Positions 6,817 to 15,294 of a stretch of DNA of 53,194 nucleotides are shown here, piece by piece. The DNA is from a virus: the IMG/VR virus record IMGVR_UViG_3300035698_035374; one strand, written 5' to 3'. Numbering within the stretch: the stretch's first letter is position 1; each line of letters begins with the position of its first letter. The translations under genes were made by a program, and so were the position numbers. A model generated the notes under the pieces. The model saw only the letters and a program-made list of their open reading frames with translations. It was not told the DNA's origin and ran no database searches.

Positions 6817-6900
6817 TTGGAATACAGATAAGCATCCCCTCGGTCATCTCGGGCAGAAATGTTGCGGTTTAATCGAGCGCACTGTAATCTGTGTTCTTCT

Positions 6901-6976
6901 GGGTCAGTAGCTCAACTTTGGTAGCAGCGCTGGATTGAAGATCCAGTGGTTGTAGGTTCGAATCCTACCTGTCCCA
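6901..6976 (+). tRNA. tRNA-Phe(GAA)
   Basis: anticodon arm CTGGA-TTGAAGA-TCCAG, acceptor GGGTCAG/CTGTCCC with one mismatch. Confidence 0.9.
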
Positions 6977-7098
6977 TACACTTAAATCCTGCTTACCGTT
7001 CTTTAATTAGCACTGGTAAGCATTATAAAGGCTTGATAGAGAGCCTCCTGCGGGCGCGTACGTGACCAAGGGTTATCAGCTGTAAATCTCTATTGTGT

Positions 7099-7170
7099 GC
7101 CCTTATAGTTCAACGGATAGAATGATGGTCTCCTAAACCGTAGATCTAGGTTCGATTCCTAGTGAGGGTA
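7099..7170 (+). tRNA. tRNA-Arg(CCT)
   Basis: acceptor GCCCTTA/TGAGGGT, loop CTCCTAA. Confidence 0.93.
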
Positions 7171-7659
7171 TAACTCTTCTTTATATAATAATCTATTATC
7201 TAATTCCCAATGGTGGTTACGACATAAGGCAACAAGATTATCAAGAGAATTTACTTCTATTACAAGACAATCTTTATTAAAAGAATTAATGGGTTTCAAA
7301 TGACACACTTCGTAATGTTTGTTATACCCACATACAACACAGCATTTAGGTTTATCTGAATTTCTATAAGCAGTTCTTGCTAATCCGCGAACACGGGAAC
7401 TTATCTGGTATTTTTGTAATTCTTGTAGGGAACCAAGAGTAATAGTAGACCAATCTATTTTAGATGGGTTACAATCAGAACATGTCGTTGCTCTTGACGG
7501 TTTTCCTTTTAATTTCGTTATATCTTTATCACAATGTTTACAATAACATTTTTTACGTTTTCTTTTAGGAACAGTTTTATTATTTAAGACTGCTGCACAA
7601 GAATTAGAACAGAATTTAGGGTTCGTTGTTTCTTTATTGCATTGTTTACACTTGTTCAT
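7159..7659 (-). CDS. HNH endonuclease (selfish/homing-like)
   Basis: CVVCGYNKHYEVCHLKPI...NLVALCRNHHWELDN; N-terminus resembles the HNH at 2074-2709 (FCSNSCAAVLNN..VPKRK vs FCNRSCSASYNN..WPKRK). Confidence 0.9.
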   Translation of the reverse strand: MNKCKQCNKETTNPKFCSNSCAAVLNNKTVPKRKRKKCYCKHCDKDITKLKGKPSRATTCSDCNPSKIDWSTITLGSLQELQKYQISSRVRGLARTAYRNSDKPKCCVVCGYNKHYEVCHLKPINSFNKDCLVIEVNSLDNLVALCRNHHWELDNRLLYKEELYPH

Positions 7660-7771
7660 GGTATTCCTTCGCACTTTTTGTGTGTATATTATAAATAAGG
7701 TAACAACAACTTCGTGACAATCAATCAAGTAGGTTCGAGTCTTCTTGGGGGCATGATAGAAAGGAAAACAA

Positions 7772-8065
7772 ATGCCTGTTAAATATATTTTACACTGGTG
7801 CACAAGATGTGGAACTGAATTATTCTATGCTGACTGTGGTGCGATGGAAGTATACATCAGGTGTCCTAACTGTAGCGAAGTACGCGCCGTTCCATTCGTT
7901 AAAAATAAACTGGTAGCAGTTAAAATGATAGACGACACAAGGCATAAAGCAATCCTGTCTTTATGTAGACTTGCCGGAAATAAGTTTGAGGACATCTTCA
8001 AGAATCCAGTAGCAGCGTTCAACGCTTGGATAGAAAAAGAAGAACAGAAATTCAGGACAAATTAA
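7772..8065 (+). CDS. zinc-ribbon protein
   Basis: CTRCGTELFYADC...IRCPNCSEV. Confidence 0.65.
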   Translation: MPVKYILHWCTRCGTELFYADCGAMEVYIRCPNCSEVRAVPFVKNKLVAVKMIDDTRHKAILSLCRLAGNKFEDIFKNPVAAFNAWIEKEEQKFRTN

Positions 8066-8066
8066 G

Positions 8067-8288
8067 ATGAATGAAAGACAAGACCAAGGCCGCGAAGTCT
8101 TAAAGAGACTAGAAGAAATCTGGGTAGGATTTAGTAGTAATAATAATTTAGTTACATTCTTAGCTCGAATCGCCGATTCGTATGGAATCGAGATGTATGA
8201 GCTAACAGATAAACTCATTTGTACACGGTTAAAGAACGAGAGTCAACATATATCTGATATGTGTAATGGTTCTGTTTTGAACGGGTAG
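8067..8288 (+). CDS. hypothetical protein
   Basis: ORF abutting previous gene. Confidence 0.6.
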   Translation: MNERQDQGREVLKRLEEIWVGFSSNNNLVTFLARIADSYGIEMYELTDKLICTRLKNESQHISDMCNGSVLNG

Positions 8289-8295
8289 TATAACC

Positions 8296-9183
8296 ATGAA
8301 ATTTGACCCTGTAAAAGTCAATACAAAAACTTTCCAAAGTAGATATAATGTTAAATACGTAATATATGCAGAGCCAAAAGGGTTCGATAAGACACGTACA
8401 TACGAAAGTCTATTAAATGACATTGAGTCTAAAAAAATTAAAGGTACACACAAAAAAGGTGTTTGTTTTAATGGTTTCGTTGGTGCCTTAGCTAAAGATT
8501 CTAACCGTATTTTATTTAAGGTTAATTTTAAACAAAAATATGACCGTTTTCTACACCTTTCACTAGAAGAACGTAAAAAATGGATGAACCTGTGTAAGTA
8601 TCATGGACTGATGCCTAGTTACATTGATAAACATTACACCGAGACAGGAAATTTTATCCTTAAGTTTGATAATTTAACTATGTCTCAGATATATGCAATG
8701 TTGGTATCAGCAAGAATACCACAAGAATGTCCCGAAACAGCAAGAGCTACTATATATTTTAGGAAAAAAGGTCTGAATTTCTTTCTAGCTTTACTAGCTG
8801 CTGGAAGATGTACATGGTCAGCTTCAGGGCATACAATTTTTACTCAAATAAAACCGTATGCCCAATCTACAGACCCACATACTGCTACGGTAAGACCGAA
8901 GGATGCCTTAGCATTAAAAATCTTAATGCAGAAGGGGCACCACCAAGACAGTAGTATACTGACTGAACTAATAAAACAAGGTAAAAAACACACAGCATCT
9001 TTCAAACTACAAGCAATGATTGCATGTATAGTCAGAGAACTTAATTGGGAAGACGGTAAAAAAGGTATAACAATACCTAACCTGTTTAATAAAGAAATCC
9101 AGGACAAATTGAGAAGAGCAAACAAAAAGAAAAAGGCTTACGAAGCTATGTTGTATCGTTCCAATAGAGGACGACCACGATAG
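8296..9183 (+). CDS. hypothetical protein (295 aa)
   Basis: long ORF, no family recognised. Confidence 0.75.
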   Translation: MKFDPVKVNTKTFQSRYNVKYVIYAEPKGFDKTRTYESLLNDIESKKIKGTHKKGVCFNGFVGALAKDSNRILFKVNFKQKYDRFLHLSLEERKKWMNLCKYHGLMPSYIDKHYTETGNFILKFDNLTMSQIYAMLVSARIPQECPETARATIYFRKKGLNFFLALLAAGRCTWSASGHTIFTQIKPYAQSTDPHTATVRPKDALALKILMQKGHHQDSSILTELIKQGKKHTASFKLQAMIACIVRELNWEDGKKGITIPNLFNKEIQDKLRRANKKKKAYEAMLYRSNRGRPR

Positions 9184-9208
9184 CATAAAGGGGCTCACAG
9201 CCCCACAC

Positions 9209-9282
9209 GCCCGTGTATCCCAATGGCTAGAGGAGCTGGTCTTAGAAACCAGTTGTTGGTGGTTCGAGTCCACTCACGGGCA
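9209..9282 (+). tRNA. tRNA-Leu(TAG)-like, short variable region
   Basis: acceptor GCCCGTG/CACGGGC, anticodon arm CTGGT-CTTAGAA-ACCAG. Confidence 0.9.
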
Positions 9283-9312
9283 TAGAACAATTTAAATGTA
9301 AGAGAACAGTCG

Positions 9313-9339
9313 GTGTTTTTTGGGTATTGGTGAATTTTT
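9313..9339 (+). repeat. 27-nt intergenic repeat, copy 2
   Basis: perfect match to 1398-1424. Confidence 0.9.
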
Positions 9340-9488
9340 CGTGGAAAAATCCCGCCGAAGGTGAGTAAGGAGGAGAGTATGTCCGTCGCAATTTACCAAC
9401 CTTCAAAACAAGAAAAATTCATTCAGGACTTTACGCATTTTGTGTATATGATTATTCTTATAGAAATAGCTGCTGTAATGCAGTTTTA

Positions 9489-9561
9489 GGGCGGTTGGCG
9501 CAGTTGGAAGCGCATTTGGTTTACACCCAAGAGGTCACTGGTTCGAGCCCAGTACCGCCCA
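9489..9561 (+). tRNA. tRNA-Val(TAC)
   Basis: acceptor GGGCGGT/ACCGCCC, loop TTTACAC. Confidence 0.93.
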
Positions 9562-9684
9562 AACCGGAGGTAGTGGTACGCACGCCAAAGAGAATCGTCA
9601 CTGAGTAAGTCGAACGTACACAAGACTCTCAGCCCACGGGTCCAGCATGTCCCTTAAGTTGCCAACCCGGTGAAGCCGGGGCCC

Positions 9685-9758
9685 GGGTAAGAAGCTCAAT
9701 AGGAAGAAGCGCGGGATTGAAGATCCTGATGTTGTAGATTCGATCCCTACCTTACCCA
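9685..9758 (+). tRNA. tRNA-Phe(GAA), second copy
   Basis: acceptor GGGTAAG/CTTACCC, loop TTGAAGA; T-stem closing pair A-C mismatch. Confidence 0.8.
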
Positions 9759-9798
9759 TTAGCAGGAAGAGATGACCAACTGTTCACAAATGGTACAA

Positions 9799-9870
9799 TG
9801 GCCGGTGGTGTAATTGGTAGCACGGGCGCCCGATAAGCGTTCGGTGGGGGTTCAAGTCCCTTCTGGCCAA
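9799..9870 (+). tRNA. tRNA-Ile(GAT)-like with C33
   Basis: acceptor TGGCCGG/CTGGCCA, D-stem GTGT/GCAC, anticodon arm GGCGC-CCGATAA-GCGTT. Confidence 0.8.
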
Positions 9871-9912
9871 ACATTGATATTTCAACTTTCTCTACTAGAG
9901 TTCATTATTTCG

Positions 9913-10899
9913 ATGGATAAGTGTAGGGGTGCAACAGCGTTACCATACGAGCATCACGTATTTTTGCATCGTAGGAAACGCAAGGAGGACAAAGTGAAGT
10001 ATATTGAAGAGGGTTCCCTTTCCAAGAGGCAGTTAACTGTTCTAGTCAACCTAAGTAAAAAGAACAAGCTGCGCCTATTTGACACAAAAAACAGTGGGTC
10101 TTTTGAGAAGACTTATCAGGACACAGGGGTAGTAACCTCAGTACCTGAATATGTACCTTTGGGTACACTGTTGGATATCACCAGAGATTCTATACTCAAC
10201 CAGTACCCATTAAAGGTACCGAATGTTGTAAGTATCGTTAAAAGTCTTATTTCTGACGGGCGGCTTTTCTTAGAACCAGCAGTCGCCGTTATGAGGGACG
10301 ACACAAACAAAATGGAAGTAGTTTCTGGGCGACACCGCGTAGCCGCCATAAAACTACTTATGTCTTTGTATAAGGTCGATAAACAGGACTACAGACAATT
10401 GTCTGTGAGAGTCCACAAGTACGTAGCCCGCAGCAAAGAAGAACTGGCAGTGTTAATTCAAGCCAGCAATGCATCCAGAAACATGGTTGGGGCAGAAAAG
10501 AGTAGCCTTTTTCTACAGGGTATGGGTGTCAACGCAGCTGACACTGATGATATCTATGATAATGCAGAAAGGTATGCCAAACGAGTAGATTCTTCCTTTG
10601 CTCGTGCCCTTGGGTTGATGTTGGCATGTGAAAAACAATCCGGTAACTTGGACACAAGTCTTACAGAAGATACCCTGTTTAAACTGGGTGGAAGATTTTA
10701 CCGTGTGTTGTGGTCTATCACAGACAAATCTGAGAGGAGATACCTAAAAGAAAAGGCTTCCTTGAAAGAAATGTTTGACCACGCCATCGATTCTCTACCA
10801 GAGGCTATACAACAGGCCACAGACAAAGGGATAAGTAACTTTGCACGTTCAGGTATCGCTGTAATGGCACAGTATATGGCTAAAGAACATATGTGTTAG
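9913..10899 (+). CDS. ParB-like nuclease domain protein
   Basis: NVVSIVKSLI..GRLFLEPAVAVMRDD..MEVVSGRHRVAAIKLL resembles the ParB N-terminal fold. Confidence 0.7.
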   Translation: MDKCRGATALPYEHHVFLHRRKRKEDKVKYIEEGSLSKRQLTVLVNLSKKNKLRLFDTKNSGSFEKTYQDTGVVTSVPEYVPLGTLLDITRDSILNQYPLKVPNVVSIVKSLISDGRLFLEPAVAVMRDDTNKMEVVSGRHRVAAIKLLMSLYKVDKQDYRQLSVRVHKYVARSKEELAVLIQASNASRNMVGAEKSSLFLQGMGVNAADTDDIYDNAERYAKRVDSSFARALGLMLACEKQSGNLDTSLTEDTLFKLGGRFYRVLWSITDKSERRYLKEKASLKEMFDHAIDSLPEAIQQATDKGISNFARSGIAVMAQYMAKEHMC

Positions 10900-10993
10900 T
10901 TAACTAGCACATTAGGTACTACTTATATTCGGGCTGTTGGTGTGACCCGCCACGGTGCAGTCCTTGTATAAGTAGTACCAATTATAGTTTTAT

Positions 10994-11082
10994 GGGCTGA
11001 TAGTGTAATGGTAGCACGCGAGTCTTATAAGCTCGAATCGCCAGATTAGCGAGTAGTCCGGGTTCGAATCCCGGTCGGCCCA
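10994..11082 (+). tRNA. tRNA-Ile(TAT)-like with extended variable region
   Basis: acceptor GGGCTGA/TCGGCCC, anticodon arm CGAGT-CTTATAA-GCTCG, then TCGC-cagatta-GCGA. Confidence 0.8.
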
Positions 11083-11113
11083 ATATTTTTACCCCATACT
11101 GAAAGATTTTGCA

Positions 11114-11389
11114 ATGTTTAAACTTCTAGTCCTTCTCTCCCTCCTAGCCTTTCCGGCACAACAACCACCACCAACACCAATGTTTGACTCGGCTATTCTG
11201 TGTCATCTGTTTAAAGATGGTATGGATTGTCGTGAAGTTCAGGCTACCACTCCCAATGAAATCTGCTGGTGTACCCCAGTAGACAACTCTTGGGTATTTT
11301 GTGGGTGTGCTGAGCCGAGACACATGTCTACCGAAGAATACCTGGAGTACCTCATCTATTTAGGTAAGCCAGACGAGGTTAAGATATGA
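11114..11389 (+). CDS. small secreted Cys-containing protein
   Basis: hydrophobic N-terminus, many Cys, overlaps start of the radical SAM gene. Confidence 0.55.
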   Translation: MFKLLVLLSLLAFPAQQPPPTPMFDSAILCHLFKDGMDCREVQATTPNEICWCTPVDNSWVFCGCAEPRHMSTEEYLEYLIYLGKPDEVKI

Positions 11390-12276
11390 AGATTCAAACT
11401 TTCAGTATTGTAGCTGGTACCAATGCCTGTAATGCGCAGTGTCCTTTCTGTGTGTCGAAGATGACTGGCCTTCCAGGCAAGGCCAAAGAAATAAATTGGC
11501 ATAATCTTAATAAGGCAGCACTCCTAGCTAAGATGAGTGGTACCACAACAGTGCTAATCACAGGCAAGGGTGAACCGACATTATTCCCCTCCAATATAAA
11601 CGACTACCTTACCCATCTGTGCAACAATTACAAGTTCCCCTTCATTGAGCTACAAACCAATGGAATCTTGATGGGTAAGCTGGCTGCAGGTGCAATTAGA
11701 GCAGGCCAGTTGAACGAAAGAATGTTGGAGCATTGGTATAACAAAGGTTTAAACACCATTGCTTTGTCTACCTGCAGTATTCACTTGGATGAGAACCAGT
11801 CCGTCTATGGTAAAGACTACCCAGACTTGGGAATGTTAGTGGACTACCTGCATTCGTTTGGGTTCACTGTAAGACTATGTCTCATGATGCACTATGGTGG
11901 TGTGTATTCACCGGGTGGAATCGACCAGGTCATTCAATTCTGCCAAGAATATCAAGTAGAACAACTTACTGCTCGTAATATACGCAAACCTGATAACAGC
12001 GATAACGAAACTGTATCAAGTTTTGTTGAAGACAATAGTTTAATTCCCAAAGAAGAAGAAGAGATTTACGAATACATTAAAGAAAATGGTACCCTCATCA
12101 TGAAGTTGGAACAGGGTGCTGAGGTGTATGATGTAGACGGACAAAACGTTTGCTTGAGTGATTGTTTAACTCTTTCGGCAGACGAAAATTTACGTCAACT
12201 AATCTTCTACCCGTCCGGACGAGTTACCTATGATTGGCAATACGAGGGTGCGGTGCTACTAGGAGGAAGGAAATAG
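11386..12276 (+). CDS. radical SAM protein
   Basis: ACNAQCPFC (CX3CX2C) and ITGKGEPTL motif. Confidence 0.9.
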   Translation: MKIQTFSIVAGTNACNAQCPFCVSKMTGLPGKAKEINWHNLNKAALLAKMSGTTTVLITGKGEPTLFPSNINDYLTHLCNNYKFPFIELQTNGILMGKLAAGAIRAGQLNERMLEHWYNKGLNTIALSTCSIHLDENQSVYGKDYPDLGMLVDYLHSFGFTVRLCLMMHYGGVYSPGGIDQVIQFCQEYQVEQLTARNIRKPDNSDNETVSSFVEDNSLIPKEEEEIYEYIKENGTLIMKLEQGAEVYDVDGQNVCLSDCLTLSADENLRQLIFYPSGRVTYDWQYEGAVLLGGRK

Positions 12277-12281
12277 CATTA

Positions 12282-12379
12282 GGGGGTAACGCTCTGGGTA
12301 AGTGGCCGTATCCTAAAATAGGTGGCGGGATGGTTCGATTCCCTCAAGGTTAATCCGGGTTCAACCCCCGGTACCCCCA
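12282..12379 (+). tRNA. tRNA-like element with two T-arm-like sequences
   Basis: acceptor GGGGGTA/TACCCCC, T-arm CCGGG-TTCAACC-CCCGG plus internal GATGG-TTCGATT-CCCTC. Confidence 0.6.
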
Positions 12380-12391
12380 TAAGGAGAAAAC

Positions 12392-12847
12392 ATGGAAGCT
12401 ATTATCTTTGTTGGCATTCCCGCGTCTGGTAAATCTACCTTCTTCAAACAACACTTCGCGGACACCCACGTTCGCATCAACGGGGACATGCTCCGCAACA
12501 AAGGACTTGAGCATGACCTCATCGACGCCTGCTTCAAACATGGACAACCATTCGTGGTTGACAAGATGAACTTTACTCAAAGACACAGGGAACCCTATCT
12601 CCGTAATGCCAAACACTTCGGATTTCTTCGAGTGTGTTATTATTTTCAATCCCTTGTTCCCGAAGCCCTGAGAAGGAATAACAACAAGGATAGGAAAGAA
12701 AAGAAGCTCCCTGAGGTGGCTATCATTAATGCTGCCGCAAACTTGGAGTTTCCTGGATACGATGACGGGTTTGATAAATTGTTCTATGTAAGAATGGACG
12801 AAAAGAGCCACACTTTCATTGTGAAGCCGTGGGCACCTATCGGATAA
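12392..12847 (+). CDS. polynucleotide kinase-like P-loop protein
   Basis: IIFVGIPASGKST, INGDMLR, FVVDKMNFTQRHR. Confidence 0.8.
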   Translation: MEAIIFVGIPASGKSTFFKQHFADTHVRINGDMLRNKGLEHDLIDACFKHGQPFVVDKMNFTQRHREPYLRNAKHFGFLRVCYYFQSLVPEALRRNNNKDRKEKKLPEVAIINAAANLEFPGYDDGFDKLFYVRMDEKSHTFIVKPWAPIG

Positions 12848-12872
12848 AACATACAAATACAAAGGAGAAAAT

Positions 12873-12974
12873 ATGATTGAACAGAGGATGACTTGGAAAA
12901 AAATAGCTAAGTACCATAACTATGAGGATGCTCTCAAAGCCAAGAAGGCACGCAAGGCAGCTAAGAATAACTGA
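12873..12974 (+). CDS. small basic protein (33 aa)
   Basis: MIEQRMTWKKIAKYHNYEDALKAKKARKAAKNN; RBS AAGGAG; TGATG overlap with next gene. Confidence 0.5.
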   Translation: MIEQRMTWKKIAKYHNYEDALKAKKARKAAKNN

Positions 12975-13561
12975 TGTCTCATAATTATGAACGTGCAGGC
13001 TCTTTCCTCCCGAAAGAAGTCTTGCCTTGGGTTCCAAAGAAGGGAAGCCAAAGAATAGTTAGACGTTATTGCGGTAAGGAAATATCTCTAAGCAAAAAGA
13101 AACTTCGACTTTTTGCTACTAAAGGTACTACATGTTGCTCATGCGGCATAAAGGGTACATTCCTGGCGCTAGAACGTCACAAGAAAAACGCCATTAGATG
13201 GCATTTTAATGTGTATGCTGTGGATAGTCGCGGTGTTGAAGTCCAGATTACAAAGGACCACATTATTCCTAGAGCTAAAGGTGGTTCGAGCGACATAGGC
13301 AATCTACAACCCATGTGTGAGCCGTGCAACCTTGCTAAGGGAGATGGACTTAGTAACCCTAAAGTACTAAAGGTAGATGAATGTTCTTCCAAATTGCTAA
13401 AGAACTTGACGAAGTTAACCGCAAACTCTCGCGTCTTCGTGAGGAAAAAGATTCCCTCATCAGAAAGTTTGTCATCAAAAATAGTTCCTTGCCAGCAAAT
13501 GAGGTCCTTAGGGGTCTTGCTCGCCACGGGGGATTACCAGCAGCAATCCGATGGTACATGA
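12974..13561 (+). CDS. HNH endonuclease
   Basis: CCSCG...ITKDHIIPRAKGGSSDIGNLQPMCEPCNLAKGD. Confidence 0.9.
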   Translation: MSHNYERAGSFLPKEVLPWVPKKGSQRIVRRYCGKEISLSKKKLRLFATKGTTCCSCGIKGTFLALERHKKNAIRWHFNVYAVDSRGVEVQITKDHIIPRAKGGSSDIGNLQPMCEPCNLAKGDGLSNPKVLKVDECSSKLLKNLTKLTANSRVFVRKKIPSSESLSSKIVPCQQMRSLGVLLATGDYQQQSDGT

Positions 13562-13626
13562 AATTGTATGAAGTAGGGATACTTTGTGCAAAAAGAGAAG
13601 TATACAAACTAACAGGTCGTATCTAA
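13381..13626 (+). CDS. hypothetical coiled-coil protein, overlaps the HNH gene
   Basis: MFFQIAKELDEVNRKLSRLREEKDSLIRKF. Confidence 0.5.
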   Translation: MFFQIAKELDEVNRKLSRLREEKDSLIRKFVIKNSSLPANEVLRGLARHGGLPAAIRWYMKLYEVGILCAKREVYKLTGRI

Positions 13627-13640
13627 TTAAAGGAGGTAAC

Positions 13641-13886
13641 ATGTCCTGCATCAAAAAAGACCAGATTTGGCAACAACTAATTGGAGAGCCTCACTTGTTC
13701 GTTGTAGATAAAGTCAACGACAATGGTTGGGTGAAAGGTAAGAGAGTAAAGCGTGATCCCGCCGGAGGAAAACCTCTTGTCGATACTACGACCGGATTCA
13801 TAGCCTACCACGACACCATGAAGCTAACCATGAAGAAGGTACAGCTTGACGAAAAAGGTTGTTTGCCTGTAAAGAAGGTTGAGTAG
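13641..13886 (+). CDS. hypothetical protein
   Basis: AAAGGAGG upstream of ATG. Confidence 0.7.
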   Translation: MSCIKKDQIWQQLIGEPHLFVVDKVNDNGWVKGKRVKRDPAGGKPLVDTTTGFIAYHDTMKLTMKKVQLDEKGCLPVKKVE

Positions 13887-14414
13887 ATGTCCAGCTTTCT
13901 TAAAAAGCTTGGAAGTGTGCTAACTTTTGTAAAAGCTTTAAGTATCCCAGACGAAGAGGAGGTAGAAGAAAAAATAGAAGACCCTCTTGATGTAAAACTT
14001 CAGCCGCCTAAGGTTGGATCAACAGCTGGACCTACCGACGACATTACCTTGCGTAATGAACTACCGGTGTGTCTTGACTGCCATAGAGTAATGGTTCTTA
14101 ACGGAAAAGGTGCTAATGTAAGTCAGATGAATACTCCTGTAGAATATCTCTTGTTGTTCTGCGCAAAGTGTGGCAAAATAGCTGTCATGATTGCTCATGC
14201 TAAATTCGATAGGTCTAAACCAGATGAGAAACCTGTCCTGGCATTCACTACTTTTTGGGGGGCTTTGCCTCATAATCCTCTAATCTTGTCTAATAAAAAG
14301 GCAAATGGGGTTAATATTAAGGCAGGAAGGGGGCTCGGATTGATAGGGTTTGCGTCACAGAGAGCACGGGGGTATAAACAACTAACGTGGCGCGAGGAGA
14401 ACAAGCGTGACTGA
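13887..14414 (+). CDS. hypothetical protein (175 aa)
   Basis: ORF with CLDC and CAKCG pairs. Confidence 0.7.
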   Translation: MSSFLKKLGSVLTFVKALSIPDEEEVEEKIEDPLDVKLQPPKVGSTAGPTDDITLRNELPVCLDCHRVMVLNGKGANVSQMNTPVEYLLLFCAKCGKIAVMIAHAKFDRSKPDEKPVLAFTTFWGALPHNPLILSNKKANGVNIKAGRGLGLIGFASQRARGYKQLTWREENKRD

Positions 14415-14817
14415 ACAAAAAAATATGACGGACGGACAGGGCAATGATGGAGGGTCAAAAAAGACACCAACTCTTCGTTGTCACTACATAAAATCAAACT
14501 TCTATCGTGTTGTATCAGCTGATGGCTGTTTTGGCGGACGGCAACCGAGGGGCCAGTTTCAGCTGTCCTTCTTTAGCGAACGACTCCCTATCCCACAAAT
14601 TGTGGAACATGAGATAAAATCCACGCGCGGTGCGATGACCGAGATGGGGGACCCAGTCGGACAAGTATCAAGAGAAGGGATTGTCAGAGAGGTCGAGGTA
14701 GGGGTTGCGATGACAGTTGGGGTGGCGCGCGCGCTTCACAAATGGATTGGCGATCAACTAAAGGTGATCGAAGGCGAAGACAAGGAACAGAAGGAGTTTG
14801 TAGATGGTGAGTCATAG
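14407..14817 (+). CDS. conserved bacterial-type hypothetical protein, cassette gene 1
   Basis: YIKSNFYRVVSADGCFGG.QPRGQFQLSFFSERLPIPQ. Confidence 0.75.
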   Translation: MTEQKNMTDGQGNDGGSKKTPTLRCHYIKSNFYRVVSADGCFGGRQPRGQFQLSFFSERLPIPQIVEHEIKSTRGAMTEMGDPVGQVSREGIVREVEVGVAMTVGVARALHKWIGDQLKVIEGEDKEQKEFVDGES

Positions 14818-15289
14818 CAGGCTTTCCAACGGGCACGACTTACAAGAGCGCCAAAGCAAAGCGAGTGATCCGTTTGTATTCCTATCCCGCAATACCTTTG
14901 TCGTTTCATCTCAACCTGCACACATACCCAAGGCAATGCCTTCCGAATGGGGCGGGCGGGCGATATCAAAACTGAATTCACTCTCGGAACTCGGTGATGG
15001 CTGGTGCACTGACGGCACGAAGCCTAGCGCGGACGCGATTTCTGAAGCGAAAAATATTCTGGATGAACTCATCCTGCAAAATGTCAAACCGAGACGCATT
15101 GCACCGATGGCTGACGGCGGGGTGGTTTTTGTCTTTCGCTCAGAATTGATCGCGGCAGACATTGTCATCTACAATGGCGCAAAGCCGTTTTTGAAGATTA
15201 AAGAATCCATCGAATCACCACTACAGATGATTGATGCCATCGCGCCGAGTGGGCTGGTTGCGGCCTTGACTGAGTTATTGTCACAGTAG
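14804..15289 (+). CDS. hypothetical protein, cassette gene 2
   Basis: LNSLSELGDGWCTDGTKPSADAISEAKNIL...PMADGGVVFVF; GC-rich. Confidence 0.75.
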   Translation: MVSHSRLSNGHDLQERQSKASDPFVFLSRNTFVVSSQPAHIPKAMPSEWGGRAISKLNSLSELGDGWCTDGTKPSADAISEAKNILDELILQNVKPRRIAPMADGGVVFVFRSELIAADIVIYNGAKPFLKIKESIESPLQMIDAIAPSGLVAALTELLSQ

Positions 15290-15294
15290 GTGAC

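Noticed and set aside
9814-9912. N-terminal extension of the ParB-like ORF
   Set aside because: Overlaps tRNA-Ile(GAT)-like gene; the likely start is 9913.
13177-13527. 116-aa - strand ORF and many similar - strand ORFs (for example 15198-15692, 24836-25285, 39367-39591)
   Set aside because: Antisense to well-supported + strand genes or tRNAs, low-complexity or Cys/Ser-rich shadow translations, no RBS logic. Only the two HNH genes are convincing on the - strand.
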